Below, piece after piece: positions 55,145 to 64,000 of a DNA stretch of 64,000 nt. The notes under the pieces were generated by a model that was given only the letters and a program-made list of their open reading frames with translations, ran no database searches and had not been told where the DNA came from. A program made the translations under genes and the position numbers. This DNA comes from an uncultured Pseudobdellovibrionaceae bacterium (GTDB lineage Bacteria > Pseudomonadota > Alphaproteobacteria > Micavibrionales > Micavibrionaceae). The stretch covers positions 38,496 through 102,495 of the forward strand of contig CAYLKN010000001.1 in the NCBI GenBank assembly GCA_964384335.1. The letters run 5' to 3'. Every line of letters starts with the position of its first letter. The first letter of the stretch is position 1.

Positions 55145-55507
55145 TTATCTGATAATCCTGCGTTCGCAGTTTCTCAGAGCCGGCACGCCTTCACGGGTCA
55201 GAACCGGGCTTTCTCCTTCATCGAGGTGCAGAGTATATGTTCCGTTGGTAAAGCGGTTTTTGTCCTTTTTATCCTGGAAAAGGGTGTAGGATTCTCCTTT
55301 AAACTGAATAACGGCAGTGTTGTCTTCGGAAACCGCATTTATAACAATCTGGCGTGAGTTTTCGCAAACATATGTGTCGGTCAGTATATAGCGCGCCTCC
55401 TGGATAGGTTGCGGGTCAATTTCGTCCATAACGTAATCATGGACTTTGCGGTATAAGGTGCAGCCATTTAACGTCAGTATCAGAATTATAAGAATTGAAA
55501 CTTTCAT
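55145..55507 (-). CDS. Small lipoprotein, possibly MliC-like
   Basis: The internal ATG at 55507 gives MKVSILIILILTLNG|C, a lipobox. The beta-rich remainder has one Cys (YVCENS) and a pattern reminiscent of lysozyme-inhibitor MliC domains, but this is weak. Confidence 0.45.
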   Translation of the reverse strand: MKVSILIILILTLNGCTLYRKVHDYVMDEIDPQPIQEARYILTDTYVCENSRQIVINAVSEDNTAVIQFKGESYTLFQDKKDKNRFTNGTYTLHLDEGESPVLTREGVPALRNCERRIIR

Positions 55508-55671
55508 TGTTTCTGTTTGCCCGAATTTATAATTACGGCTAAGCAATATCCGGGCCATGGTCATCAATCCCATGGCATCCAACTAAAATATTATTTTTTA
55601 GACATATCATCCAAAGCTTCATTCATGCCGGATTGCAAACCACGTCTGCATTGCGGAAATACACAAAAAAT

Positions 55672-56376
55672 TCAGGCTTCCTGGTCAAGATGCTGACCGG
55701 CGCCGTGTTTTTCACCGCCACTGTCTTTTGCAACACCTACACGGGCAGGGCGCAGAAGACGATCATGAAGCATATAGCCTGGCTCGATAACCTGGATAAT
55801 AGTCCCTGGTTTTTTGTCCGGGGCATCGGCTTCAAACATGACTTCGTGATAATTGGGGTCAAAAACCTCGCCATGGGGTTCCATTTTCTGAATGCCATGT
55901 TTTTCGAAAGTTTTCAGAAGATCCCGCTCCATTGCGCTAATGCCGCCAACAAGATTTTTCATGCGGTCATCCTGATTTCTTAATTCTTCCGGGATGGATT
56001 CGATGGCGCGCCGGAAATTATCGGCAAAATCGAGCAGGTCCTTTGCAAAAGACGAAACCGCATATTTCCCGGCATCGACACGCTCACGCTGTGTGCGTTT
56101 CCTTAAGTTTTCAGAATCCGCAAGTGTGCGCATGAGCTGGTCTTTGGCCTTTGCCAGTTCGTCTTCCAGTATTTTGACTTTATCGCCTTCGGGACTTGAA
56201 GCCGTTTTGGCGGCGCCATCATTTTGATTCCCCTTGGTTTGGGAGGTGTGTCCCGTATCCTGTCCGGGACTCTCGTCATGAAGATTAACAAAGTCTTCTG
56301 TTGTCGGATCATCATCATTTGTACGCCCGGCGTCGATTTCAGGCTCCGGCTTGTTTTCATTTGTCATGTCATTCAA
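55672..56376 (-). CDS. grpE: Nucleotide exchange factor GrpE
   Basis: It has an acidic N-terminus, a long coiled coil (LEDELAKAKDQLMRTLADSENLRKR) and a C-terminal beta domain (…VIEPGYMLHDRLLRPARVGV). Confidence 0.92.
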   Translation of the reverse strand: MNDMTNENKPEPEIDAGRTNDDDPTTEDFVNLHDESPGQDTGHTSQTKGNQNDGAAKTASSPEGDKVKILEDELAKAKDQLMRTLADSENLRKRTQRERVDAGKYAVSSFAKDLLDFADNFRRAIESIPEELRNQDDRMKNLVGGISAMERDLLKTFEKHGIQKMEPHGEVFDPNYHEVMFEADAPDKKPGTIIQVIEPGYMLHDRLLRPARVGVAKDSGGEKHGAGQHLDQEA

Positions 56377-56503
56377 CCCCTGTTATTCCAGATTTATTCA
56401 AATTACTGAAAACACAAATTAACAATTCCCTAGGCTTAATCAATAGGCAAGGTTCGACAATTTCCAGACCGGAGGCGATAGAAATGCCTTAACTGGAAAA
56501 AGA

Positions 56504-57325
56504 TCAGTCATGATGAGACGGCTTGCGAATATTGATGGCTATCGTTTCATACTTCGGAATATCCGGCAGTTTCCCCAGATCCTCGCCATCCGCAATTGCG
56601 ATTTCTGTTAACACGTTGCCTTCATCAGGAAGATCCGGCCAGTAACTGTCTCCCAAATCTACAAAATAAGCTTTTTCCCTGATATGTTCGGGAAGATTGA
56701 TCTGTGGTCTGTATTTTTCAAGCGGGATAAGATTATATTTTGCCGCCCATTTGGACAAACCGCGAAGGACTTCCGGGGTAAGAGGATCGATGATTTCGGC
56801 AACCACTGTCTTTTTCGGGTAAAACCAGAATTTTAGAGGGTCGCGGTGTTTATGAAATGCCGTATCGGGCACTATTTTTGTCGCTTTCAGAGTTTTGAAC
56901 TCTATGTAATCATCCGTGATCTCGACCAGATAGCGGTCATAGTTGTTCCCGTTTTGAAAACGGATAACATTTATATCGTAAGCCTCGAGTAAGCCGGCGT
57001 CGAGTTTGATAACATTTTCCGCACGCTGATGGCGGGATTCGCAGGATTTCCGGCTGTTGTCCCGGCCATAAAGGCTGTAGCCGCTGACGTTTATGTTAAG
57101 CGTGTTTTGCACGGCTTCCATACGGTAAAACGCATCCGATGTTTTTAAACAGGACAGATAAACTTTCGGCGCTTTAAGCCGGACGCCGAACTGTCTTTCA
57201 CTCAGATCATGCTGATGAACAAGGGCCAGGTAATACAGAATATCACCGGACTGCGCCCGCGCCGGATTGATAAAGGCAGGGCTTAACAAAAAAAATGCGA
57301 AAAACAAAAAGAAATATTTATGCAT
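56504..57325 (-). CDS. Hypothetical secreted protein (273 aa) located between hrcA and grpE
   Basis: It has a signal peptide (MHKYFFLFFAFFLLSPAFINPARA|Q). It lies 8 nt downstream of the hrcA stop. I recognised no family. Confidence 0.6.
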   Translation of the reverse strand: MHKYFFLFFAFFLLSPAFINPARAQSGDILYYLALVHQHDLSERQFGVRLKAPKVYLSCLKTSDAFYRMEAVQNTLNINVSGYSLYGRDNSRKSCESRHQRAENVIKLDAGLLEAYDINVIRFQNGNNYDRYLVEITDDYIEFKTLKATKIVPDTAFHKHRDPLKFWFYPKKTVVAEIIDPLTPEVLRGLSKWAAKYNLIPLEKYRPQINLPEHIREKAYFVDLGDSYWPDLPDEGNVLTEIAIADGEDLGKLPDIPKYETIAINIRKPSHHD

Positions 57326-57333
57326 TGTCTGAA

Positions 57334-58371
57334 TTATAACCTGTCCAGAAGTTTCTGCATAACTTTGGATGTGTGGTCCACGATTGGAATTATTCTTCCA
57401 TAGTTTATACGCATTGGACCAATAACCCCGATTGCGCCGACGATTTCATTGTTCAGTCTGTAAGGTGACAGTATTACGGACCATTCCGAACTGGAAAACA
57501 TGGCATTTTCCGATCCGATAAATATCTGAACGCCTTCGGCAGATCCGGCCGTATTCAGAAGCTCTGCGGCGACCTTCTGCTCCTCAAGCAGGCTCATAAG
57601 GGTGCGGGCCTTTTCAAGATCCTCGATGGCCTTGACATCTTCAAGCAGGCGCGAATGTCCTCGAATAACGATGTAGCTGGATTCCTTTTCTAAAGGGGCA
57701 ACCGCCAGACCTTTTTCAACAAGGGAAAAGGTAATCCTGTCCAGTTCGGCTTTTTTACTCTCCATATCTCTTTTTATCCGGACAAGCGCCTGCGGAAGGG
57801 TTTGATCACGTACCATTTCGTTGATGTAGTTTGCCGCCTGCACCAGTTCGGACTCGGTAATGGTCGGCGGACATTCCATGATACGGTTTTCGACAAGACC
57901 GTCTTTCATGACCAGAACAACCAGTATTCTGGAAGATTCCAGTCTTACAAACTGGATCGCTTTGACCGGCATCTCGGCTTTCGGGGCAATCACCAGTCCT
58001 GCGCATTGAGAAAGACCGGACATGATGTTACTGGCTTTGTCATATAAATCTTTCGGGGAATACCCGGCGGTCTGACATTCAAGCTCAATACGTTCCCTTT
58101 CCTCCTTGCTTAGGGAGCCAATCTCCATAAGGCCGTCAACATAAATCCTCAACCCCTGTTGTGTGGGCATGCGTCCGGCCGAAGTATGGGGCGCATATAA
58201 AAGCCCAAGCGCTTCAAGCTCGTGCATAATATTCCGGATGGATGCTGAGGACAGGGAAAAACCTAACTTTTCAGAAAGTGTTTTGGAGCCAACAGGCTCA
58301 CCAGATTCCATATAGGAATCGATAACCATTTGAAATATCCGGCGGGTTCTTTCATTCAGTTCAGGAATCAT
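57334..58371 (-). CDS. hrcA: Heat-inducible transcription repressor HrcA
   Basis: 345 aa with an N-terminal winged helix (LNERTRRIFQMVIDSYMESGEPVGSKTLSE) and a C-terminal …GAIGVIGPMRINYGRIIP. Confidence 0.92.
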   Translation of the reverse strand: MIPELNERTRRIFQMVIDSYMESGEPVGSKTLSEKLGFSLSSASIRNIMHELEALGLLYAPHTSAGRMPTQQGLRIYVDGLMEIGSLSKEERERIELECQTAGYSPKDLYDKASNIMSGLSQCAGLVIAPKAEMPVKAIQFVRLESSRILVVLVMKDGLVENRIMECPPTITESELVQAANYINEMVRDQTLPQALVRIKRDMESKKAELDRITFSLVEKGLAVAPLEKESSYIVIRGHSRLLEDVKAIEDLEKARTLMSLLEEQKVAAELLNTAGSAEGVQIFIGSENAMFSSSEWSVILSPYRLNNEIVGAIGVIGPMRINYGRIIPIVDHTSKVMQKLLDRL

Positions 58372-58503
58372 ACTTTACAATATAGAAAGATCTGCTGCAT
58401 TTAACAACACGAGATGGCTGAATTTCCGCTATTGCAAGCCTTGTTTCATGGTGTATGGTAAGGTAATATTCGACTTTTGAGAAAATCGGGTGGGAAAGGG
58501 CTT

Positions 58504-59253
58504 ATGGCTGAAGCAGCAAAAGATATACAGATAACTGACCGTCCCTCCGGACGCGGTAACGATATTATGAGGAATGTGGAGCTGGAGGTCGGTTTCGCAA
58601 AACATGCTGAAGGCTCATGCCTGGCAAAATTCGGTGATACCCACGTTTTATGTACGGCCAGCGTTATTGAGGGTGTCCCGTCCTGGATGAAAGGTACGGG
58701 GCGCGGATGGGTCACGGCTGAATACGGAATGCTGCCAAGATCAACCGCGCAGAGGATGGACAGGGAAGCTGCACGTGGGAAACAGTCCGGCCGAACGCAG
58801 GAAATACAGCGCCTGATCGGTCGTGCGCTGCGTTCCGTTGTCAGTCTTGATAAAATGGGGGAGCGCCAGGTCAGAATTGACTGTGATGTTATACAGGCCG
58901 ACGGTGGTACGCGCACAGCTTCCGTTACCGGGGCCTGTGTCGCCCTTGAATGTGCGTTCATGCATTTGCAGAAACACGGTATTATTCGTAGTAATCCTCT
59001 GAACGACACGGTCGCGGCGATTTCATGCGGCATTTACAACGGGATGCCTGTTCTGGATCTTGACTATGCGGAGGATTCAAACGCAGAAACCGACGCCAAT
59101 TTCGTTATAACCGGACGTGGGGGTCTGGTGGAGATTCAGGCGACTGCGGAACAGGATCCTTTCAGTGAAACGATGTTTACACAGTTACTGGAGCTTGCAA
59201 AGAAAGGATGTAAGGAACTGAAAGCCATTCAGGATAAAGCCCTTGAACGATAA
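58504..59253 (+). CDS. rph: Ribonuclease PH
   Basis: It reads [19 protein letters not shown]…GSCL..FGDT.VLC…[11 protein letters not shown]…R, and it is divergent from hrcA as in many alphaproteobacteria. I prefer the ATG at 58504 over the TTG at 58477. Confidence 0.9.
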   Translation: MAEAAKDIQITDRPSGRGNDIMRNVELEVGFAKHAEGSCLAKFGDTHVLCTASVIEGVPSWMKGTGRGWVTAEYGMLPRSTAQRMDREAARGKQSGRTQEIQRLIGRALRSVVSLDKMGERQVRIDCDVIQADGGTRTASVTGACVALECAFMHLQKHGIIRSNPLNDTVAAISCGIYNGMPVLDLDYAEDSNAETDANFVITGRGGLVEIQATAEQDPFSETMFTQLLELAKKGCKELKAIQDKALER

Positions 59254-59849
59254 TGGACATTGTTCTTGCAACGCATAACAACGACAAGGTTACGGAATTC
59301 CAGACATATCTTAATCCTTTTGGTGTAAGTCTGATATCTGCGAAAAGTCTGGATGTTCCAGAGCCTGAAGAAACCGGGAGGACGTTCCAGGAAAACGCAA
59401 TTCTCAAGGCCATAAATACATTTGATCATACCGGAAAGCCTGCACTTGCGGATGATAGCGGTTTAAGCGTGAAGGCAATCGGCGGCCAGCCCGGAATATA
59501 CTCCGCACGCTGGGCGGGACCGGATAAGGATTTTGGTATGGCTATGCGAAAAGTAAAAGATATGATGGGAAACTGCGAAAATAAAAGCGCAAGTTTTATT
59601 TGCGTCCTGGCCTATGCCGTCTCCAGCAGCAGGGTTTTTACCTATGAAGGCCGTGTAAAAGGGCGTATCGTATGGCCGCCAAGGGGGGATAAGGGATTTG
59701 GGTATGATCCTTTCTTTGTTCCTGACGAAGGGGATGGGCGGAGTTTTGGTGAAATGACGCTGGAAGAAAAAGGGAAATTCAGTCACCGGGCGCTTGCGAT
59801 AAGGCAGTTTTGTGATGATATCTTTTCTCAGAAAAAGGATTATGGATGA
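59253..59849 (+). CDS. rdgB: Non-canonical purine NTP pyrophosphatase (RdgB/HAM1 family)
   Basis: It reads IVLATHNNDKVTEF…EPEETG.TF.ENA..KA…ADDSGL…GFGYDP.F…SHRA. Its start overlaps the rph stop (TAATG). Confidence 0.88.
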   Translation: MDIVLATHNNDKVTEFQTYLNPFGVSLISAKSLDVPEPEETGRTFQENAILKAINTFDHTGKPALADDSGLSVKAIGGQPGIYSARWAGPDKDFGMAMRKVKDMMGNCENKSASFICVLAYAVSSSRVFTYEGRVKGRIVWPPRGDKGFGYDPFFVPDEGDGRSFGEMTLEEKGKFSHRALAIRQFCDDIFSQKKDYG

Positions 59850-59855
59850 TTGCCA

Positions 59856-61055
59856 ATGCAGCCTTTATCACTGTATTTTCACTGGCCGTATTGCCTTTCA
59901 AAATGTCCGTATTGTGATTTCAATTCCTTTGAGGCATCGGAATTTGATACTGAGCGTTGGCGTGTTTCCTATAACGCCGCAATACAGCATCATGCCGCCA
60001 ATTTAAAAAAGCAGTATATAACAAGTATTTTTTTCGGAGGCGGCACGCCCTCTCTTATGCCGCCCGCTTTGATTGAAGAGATAATTTCCTGCGTTTACAA
60101 GGCATGGCCCGTTTCTCCGGGTGTCGAGATTACGCTTGAGGCCAATCCGACAAGCGTTGAAGCGGAAAAGCTGAAGGGCTTCAGAGCCGCCGGCGTAAAT
60201 CGCCTTTCAATTGGCGTTCAGTCACTGGACAATAAGGCTCTTGCCTTTCTGGGACGCAGGCATTCTGCTGAAGAGGCAAAATCCGTTCTGAAACTTGCGG
60301 CGAAACTCTTTGACCGGTTCAGTTTCGATCTTATTTATGCAAGACCGGATCAGACACTGAAAACCTGGATTACCGAGCTAAAAGAGGCTCTTGATTATAC
60401 GAAAGGGCATATGTCGCTTTATCAACTTTCGATAGAACCGCAAACGCGGTTTTATACAGATTTTAAAAAGGGGATATTTCAAATGCCGGACCAGGATCTT
60501 TCGGCTGAATTTTATGAAACTACGCAGGATATAATGAGCAGATATGGCCTGCCGGCCTATGAAATTTCAAACTATGCATCTCCCGGGGAGGAAAGCAGGC
60601 ATAATATGACATACTGGCGGGGCGGTGCGTACTGCGGTATCGGACCCGGCGCGCACGGGCGTTTGTATATGAATGGTGCATGGGCTGCCCTCTCCGACCA
60701 CAAAGTGCCCGAAATCTGGCATCAGCTTGTTTCACAGCATGGAAACGGAGTTAATCGTCATTCTGTTTTAACCGGACATGAGAGGTTTGAAGAAATTGTC
60801 ATGATGGGTCTCAGGCTAACTGAAGGTGTAAATAAAAAGATACTTGAAAAAGAAACGCCTGATGCGCTTTCCCTGGATCAGCTTTATAAAAACGCACGTG
60901 TGCTTGAAAACGAAGGGTATGTTTTACTGGATAACCGGGTTCTGAAAGTCACTGAAACGGGTCGTCTTGTGTTGAACAGCATTCTGAATTTTCTGCTAAA
61001 CCGCTCTGTTACTGTGCACGGACACCATTCTGAGGCGCAGAAAGCATTTGCATAA
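59856..61055 (+). CDS. hemW: Radical SAM family heme chaperone HemW
   Basis: It reads LYFHWPYCLSKCPYCDFNS…FFGGGTPSL…, and the rph-rdgB-hemW order is conserved. Confidence 0.88.
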   Translation: MQPLSLYFHWPYCLSKCPYCDFNSFEASEFDTERWRVSYNAAIQHHAANLKKQYITSIFFGGGTPSLMPPALIEEIISCVYKAWPVSPGVEITLEANPTSVEAEKLKGFRAAGVNRLSIGVQSLDNKALAFLGRRHSAEEAKSVLKLAAKLFDRFSFDLIYARPDQTLKTWITELKEALDYTKGHMSLYQLSIEPQTRFYTDFKKGIFQMPDQDLSAEFYETTQDIMSRYGLPAYEISNYASPGEESRHNMTYWRGGAYCGIGPGAHGRLYMNGAWAALSDHKVPEIWHQLVSQHGNGVNRHSVLTGHERFEEIVMMGLRLTEGVNKKILEKETPDALSLDQLYKNARVLENEGYVLLDNRVLKVTETGRLVLNSILNFLLNRSVTVHGHHSEAQKAFA

Positions 61056-62628
61056 CGTTTTTAAGGTCTGAGCCGTTTAAAATAACGTTTCCTTCTTCAT
61101 TAACAGAAATTTCGTAGCGTCTGTCATTGTCACCGTCTTTCTTTCCAACAATCTGCAGCACTGTCAGAAATGCAAGGAGCCTTGCGGATGAAGCATTTGT
61201 ATTTTTATCTTCTTCCGTCTGAGTGCTTTGTATATCCCGGGTAATTTGCCCAACCATGGAATCCAGATTGCTGATGGTTAAGACTGCCTGTGCGGTTCCG
61301 CTGTATGCGGCGGATAAATTGGCTTGTGCCTTGCCATTAAAACGAATGCCGTAAAAATCATTGTCCAGGGATGCGTTTTGCACCAGCAGTTTTGAGCCTG
61401 CCTCGGCTAACATTTCTAAAAAGGGATTGGCTCTGTTTTCCTGCCCATCATTTTGATTTGCGCCTGTAAGCCTTTTGTAAATACTATGCAAGATTTTCTG
61501 GGCGGGATAATCTGTAACGATTATGTTCCATTCCGCATTCTCGGGTAAAAATTTTGATGCAGGACTTTTTTCATTTTTAATATTCAAGGCACTCAGGTTA
61601 CCGGAAAGTTTTACGACCGCTTTATCAGTTTTCAGGCTTCGGGCCTGCAACGATGCGGAAATACGGTTAAGGGAGATTTTATTGTTTTGAGCGGCCTTCG
61701 TATTTTGCAACGAATCCTGTAATCTCAGATCAACGTTGTTCAGGGCAAACTCGACACTGCCGAAATCCATTGCGAAAAACGGCGATTGCGTTGAAAGGCC
61801 CAGAATGCCAAATCCGGGAAGTACCGATGCCTCAACGGCAGCAAAATTTCCCGAGGATCGGGAAGTGGCATTTAATATTTCCTCGCGGGTTTCCTGTATT
61901 GACTTGAAAGATAAATCCCTGAGTTCTGACCTGAGATAGGCGCTGCCGATAGTATTCGTGATATCCCCGTTTCCCGAATACCGAATATCTTCAAATTTGT
62001 AGTGTGTCGTGCCATTCCATAATTCACTTTTCTCGTCCCTGTCAAAGTCAAGAAGAATGTCCGTTTCTTTAACGGTAATTGTTATATCATCCTGAAAATT
62101 CGTAAGTCTTACGTCACCCAAAGTCCCGTCCATCTTTATAAAATTTCCGGATGGAACATGTAAAATTCCGGCAAGTCGCTGCGAACCAATATCGAGTTCA
62201 TACTCCGTAATACCGGCTGCCGTTTTTTTGACAATCGGTCTGGGTATTGCCAGTGTCATTTTCCAGGCATCTTCATTTTCCGTAGGTACTGCGTTTGCGG
62301 CGATCATTCCGATATCAAGCCTTGAGCCGTTTGGGTAAACAAAGGCAACATGCGGAAATGTAATGGCATGATATTCCTGGGAAGGTTCGATGATAATATC
62401 GCCCTCCGTAATCATTCTTATTCCGGTTAAAGCGACCATTTTTTTGCGGTTTTCAAGGATTCCGGACAGGCTTTCTTTCAAATCCTGTGTTTTTAACCCA
62501 GTTTCAGCCTGTCCATTGCCGGAAAGGCAAAAAAAACAGAGACAGTGGACAGCCAGTAATACAAAGGCAAGTTTACAAAAAGAGAATTTCAATAAGAACG
62601 GCTTTTTTACAGGGATATTTACAGACAT
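61009..62628 (-). CDS. Hypothetical secreted or membrane-anchored protein (about 539 aa)
   Basis: The ATG at 62628 gives MSVNIPVKKPFLLKFSFCKLAFVLLAVHCLCFFCLSGNGQA, a signal/anchor. I recognised no family. Its 3' end overlaps hemW by 47 nt. Confidence 0.55.
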   Translation of the reverse strand: MSVNIPVKKPFLLKFSFCKLAFVLLAVHCLCFFCLSGNGQAETGLKTQDLKESLSGILENRKKMVALTGIRMITEGDIIIEPSQEYHAITFPHVAFVYPNGSRLDIGMIAANAVPTENEDAWKMTLAIPRPIVKKTAAGITEYELDIGSQRLAGILHVPSGNFIKMDGTLGDVRLTNFQDDITITVKETDILLDFDRDEKSELWNGTTHYKFEDIRYSGNGDITNTIGSAYLRSELRDLSFKSIQETREEILNATSRSSGNFAAVEASVLPGFGILGLSTQSPFFAMDFGSVEFALNNVDLRLQDSLQNTKAAQNNKISLNRISASLQARSLKTDKAVVKLSGNLSALNIKNEKSPASKFLPENAEWNIIVTDYPAQKILHSIYKRLTGANQNDGQENRANPFLEMLAEAGSKLLVQNASLDNDFYGIRFNGKAQANLSAAYSGTAQAVLTISNLDSMVGQITRDIQSTQTEEDKNTNASSARLLAFLTVLQIVGKKDGDNDRRYEISVNEEGNVILNGSDLKNVMQMLSAPQNGVRAQ

Positions 62629-62704
62629 AATTTCATAATATGATGGAATAAGTTTCACGCCGGTACACCTTATTGTTAAAATCAAATATCAGGATTGATT
62701 GTTC

Positions 62705-64000
62705 ATGACATTTACACCAAAAGCCATCCCGACGCAAAGCCGTATTGTAGCACTTTTAGGACCAACCAATACCGGAAAAACCTATCAGGCGATAAGGGAA
62801 ATGCTGAAATACGAGACTGGGATTATCGGTTTTCCACTTCGTCTGCTTGCGCGCGAAAATTATGACCGTATCGTTTCCGAAAAAGGGCCAGGCGCGGTTG
62901 CCCTTGTTACCGGTGAGGAAAAAATCGTTCCGGCAAACGCGCAATATTACATATGCACGGTTGAGTCGATGCCGATAGAAAAGGAGTTTGATTTTGTCGC
63001 GATTGACGAAATCCAGCTTTGCGCCGATCCGGAACGCGGTCATGTTTTTACGGATCGCCTTCTTCGCTTCAGAGGCTGTGAAATGACAATGTTTCTTGGC
63101 GCCGATACAATGAAGTCGGTTATTGCAAACCTTGTTTCCGGTGTTGAGTTCCGCAAAAGTCCGCGCTTATCCGAACTTGAATACAAAGGATATAAAAAGC
63201 TCACGCGTTTGCCCGCACGGACGGCAGTGGTCGCATTTTCAATCAATGACGTGTACGAGATGGCCGAGCTGATAAGGCGGCAGAGAGGTGGAACGGCTTT
63301 GGTTTTGGGGGCATTGAGTCCCCGCACCCGCAATGCTCAGGTTGATATGTATCAGAACGGGGAGGTTGATTTTCTGGTCGCCACGGATGCCATCGGTATG
63401 GGATTAAACATGGATATTCATCATATTGCCTTTGCGTCAACACGAAAGTATGACGGACGGCGGCGCCGTCCGCTCAAGACGGCCGAGATTGCCCAGATTG
63501 CGGGCAGGGCAGGGCGGTATAAACGCGATGGCACATTTGGCGTAACCGGTGATTTAAAGGAGCTTGATAATGAGACTGTCGATGCCGTCCAGACCCATGC
63601 CATGGGCGAGATTAAGGAAATTTACTGGCGGAACAGCCGTCTTGATTTCACTTCTGTTCTCTCCCTTCTGAAATCCCTGGAAAAAAGTGCGAACAGCGAT
63701 GTCCTGATCAAGGGTTACCCGTCTGACGATTATCTTGCCCTGAAAGCCTTAAGCCGTAACCCCGATATTCAGGACATGACGAAAAGCAAGGCGGCGACGC
63801 ATCTGCTTTGGGATGTGTGCCAGATACCTGATTTCAGAAAAACCCTGAAAGAAGAGCATCAGAAACTCTTAAAGGAACTGTTCGTGAAATTATCCGATGA
63901 TCTGCTGTCCGACGATTACATTGATACCAATCTGAAAAGGCTGAACTCGCTGTCCGGAAACGTCGATACTTTGATGAACCGCCTTGCGCATGTCCGGACC
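62705..64000 (+). CDS. Suv3-like ATP-dependent helicase, N-terminal part (runs off the window end; absent from the ORF track)
   Basis: The frame is open from ATG 62705 to base 64000 (432 codons). It has LLGPTNTGKTYQAI (Walker A), FVAIDEIQLCADPERGHVFT (DExQ) and ATDAIGMGLN…IAGRAGR. The listed minus-strand ORFs here are shadows. Confidence 0.75.
   Translation, partial: MTFTPKAIPTQSRIVALLGPTNTGKTYQAIREMLKYETGIIGFPLRLLARENYDRIVSEKGPGAVALVTGEEKIVPANAQYYICTVESMPIEKEFDFVAIDEIQLCADPERGHVFTDRLLRFRGCEMTMFLGADTMKSVIANLVSGVEFRKSPRLSELEYKGYKKLTRLPARTAVVAFSINDVYEMAELIRRQRGGTALVLGALSPRTRNAQVDMYQNGEVDFLVATDAIGMGLNMDIHHIAFASTRKYDGRRRRPLKTAEIAQIAGRAGRYKRDGTFGVTGDLKELDNETVDAVQTHAMGEIKEIYWRNSRLDFTSVLSLLKSLEKSANSDVLIKGYPSDDYLALKALSRNPDIQDMTKSKAATHLLWDVCQIPDFRKTLKEEHQKLLKELFVKLSDDLLSDDYIDTNLKRLNSLSGNVDTLMNRLAHVRT

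Noticed and set aside
56446-56460. A GGTTCGA string in the grpE upstream gap resembles a tRNA T-arm.
   Set aside because: No acceptor stem, anticodon arm or D-arm can be built around it. I found no tRNA elsewhere in the window either.
58372-58503. I looked for a CIRCE operator (TTAGCACTC-N9-GAGTGCTAA) in the hrcA / rph divergent region, and also upstream of grpE.
   Set aside because: No match or near-match is visible. In many alphaproteobacteria CIRCE is restricted to groESL.

Overview
This is a dense 64-kb chromosomal segment with about 57 protein-coding genes. I found no rRNA, tRNA, CRISPR array, transposase or integrase by eye. Gene content and synteny point to a moderately AT-rich alphaproteobacterium: hdaA, cpdR, clpS-clpA, alpha-type addB-addA after tsaE-murU, hrcA opposite rph-rdgB-hemW, and a Rickettsia-type 17-kDa antigen homologue. 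Most of the window is housekeeping: mfd (3' end), rnd, purM, ftsK-lolA, recR, clpSA, glk, pdxH, grpE/hrcA, addAB and a Suv3-like helicase (5' part). It also carries a PHB module: phaR divergent from phaC(short)-phaA-phaB, plus two phasin-domain genes. The part that ordinary annotation does not explain is a minus-strand block at 32.1-37.8 kb. It holds three tandem paralogous, 2.5-3x oversized GspG-like pseudopilin proteins, each with a prepilin leader, a conserved Cys-containing core and a C-terminal 6-residue repeat array. Directly downstream is a large secreted protein with EF-hand-like calcium loops. No pilus or T2SS assembly genes occur anywhere in the window. Secondary oddities are listed below.
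- A 564-aa bitopic protein upstream of ftsK has GspL / PilM-PilN-like topology.
- A phasin is fused to a histone-H1-like basic tail.
- An unknown secreted protein sits between hrcA and grpE.
- A CoxIV-like small ORF is missing from the ORF track.
- Two convergent gene pairs overlap at their 3' ends.
All functional calls rest on motif recognition by eye, and no database search was run.
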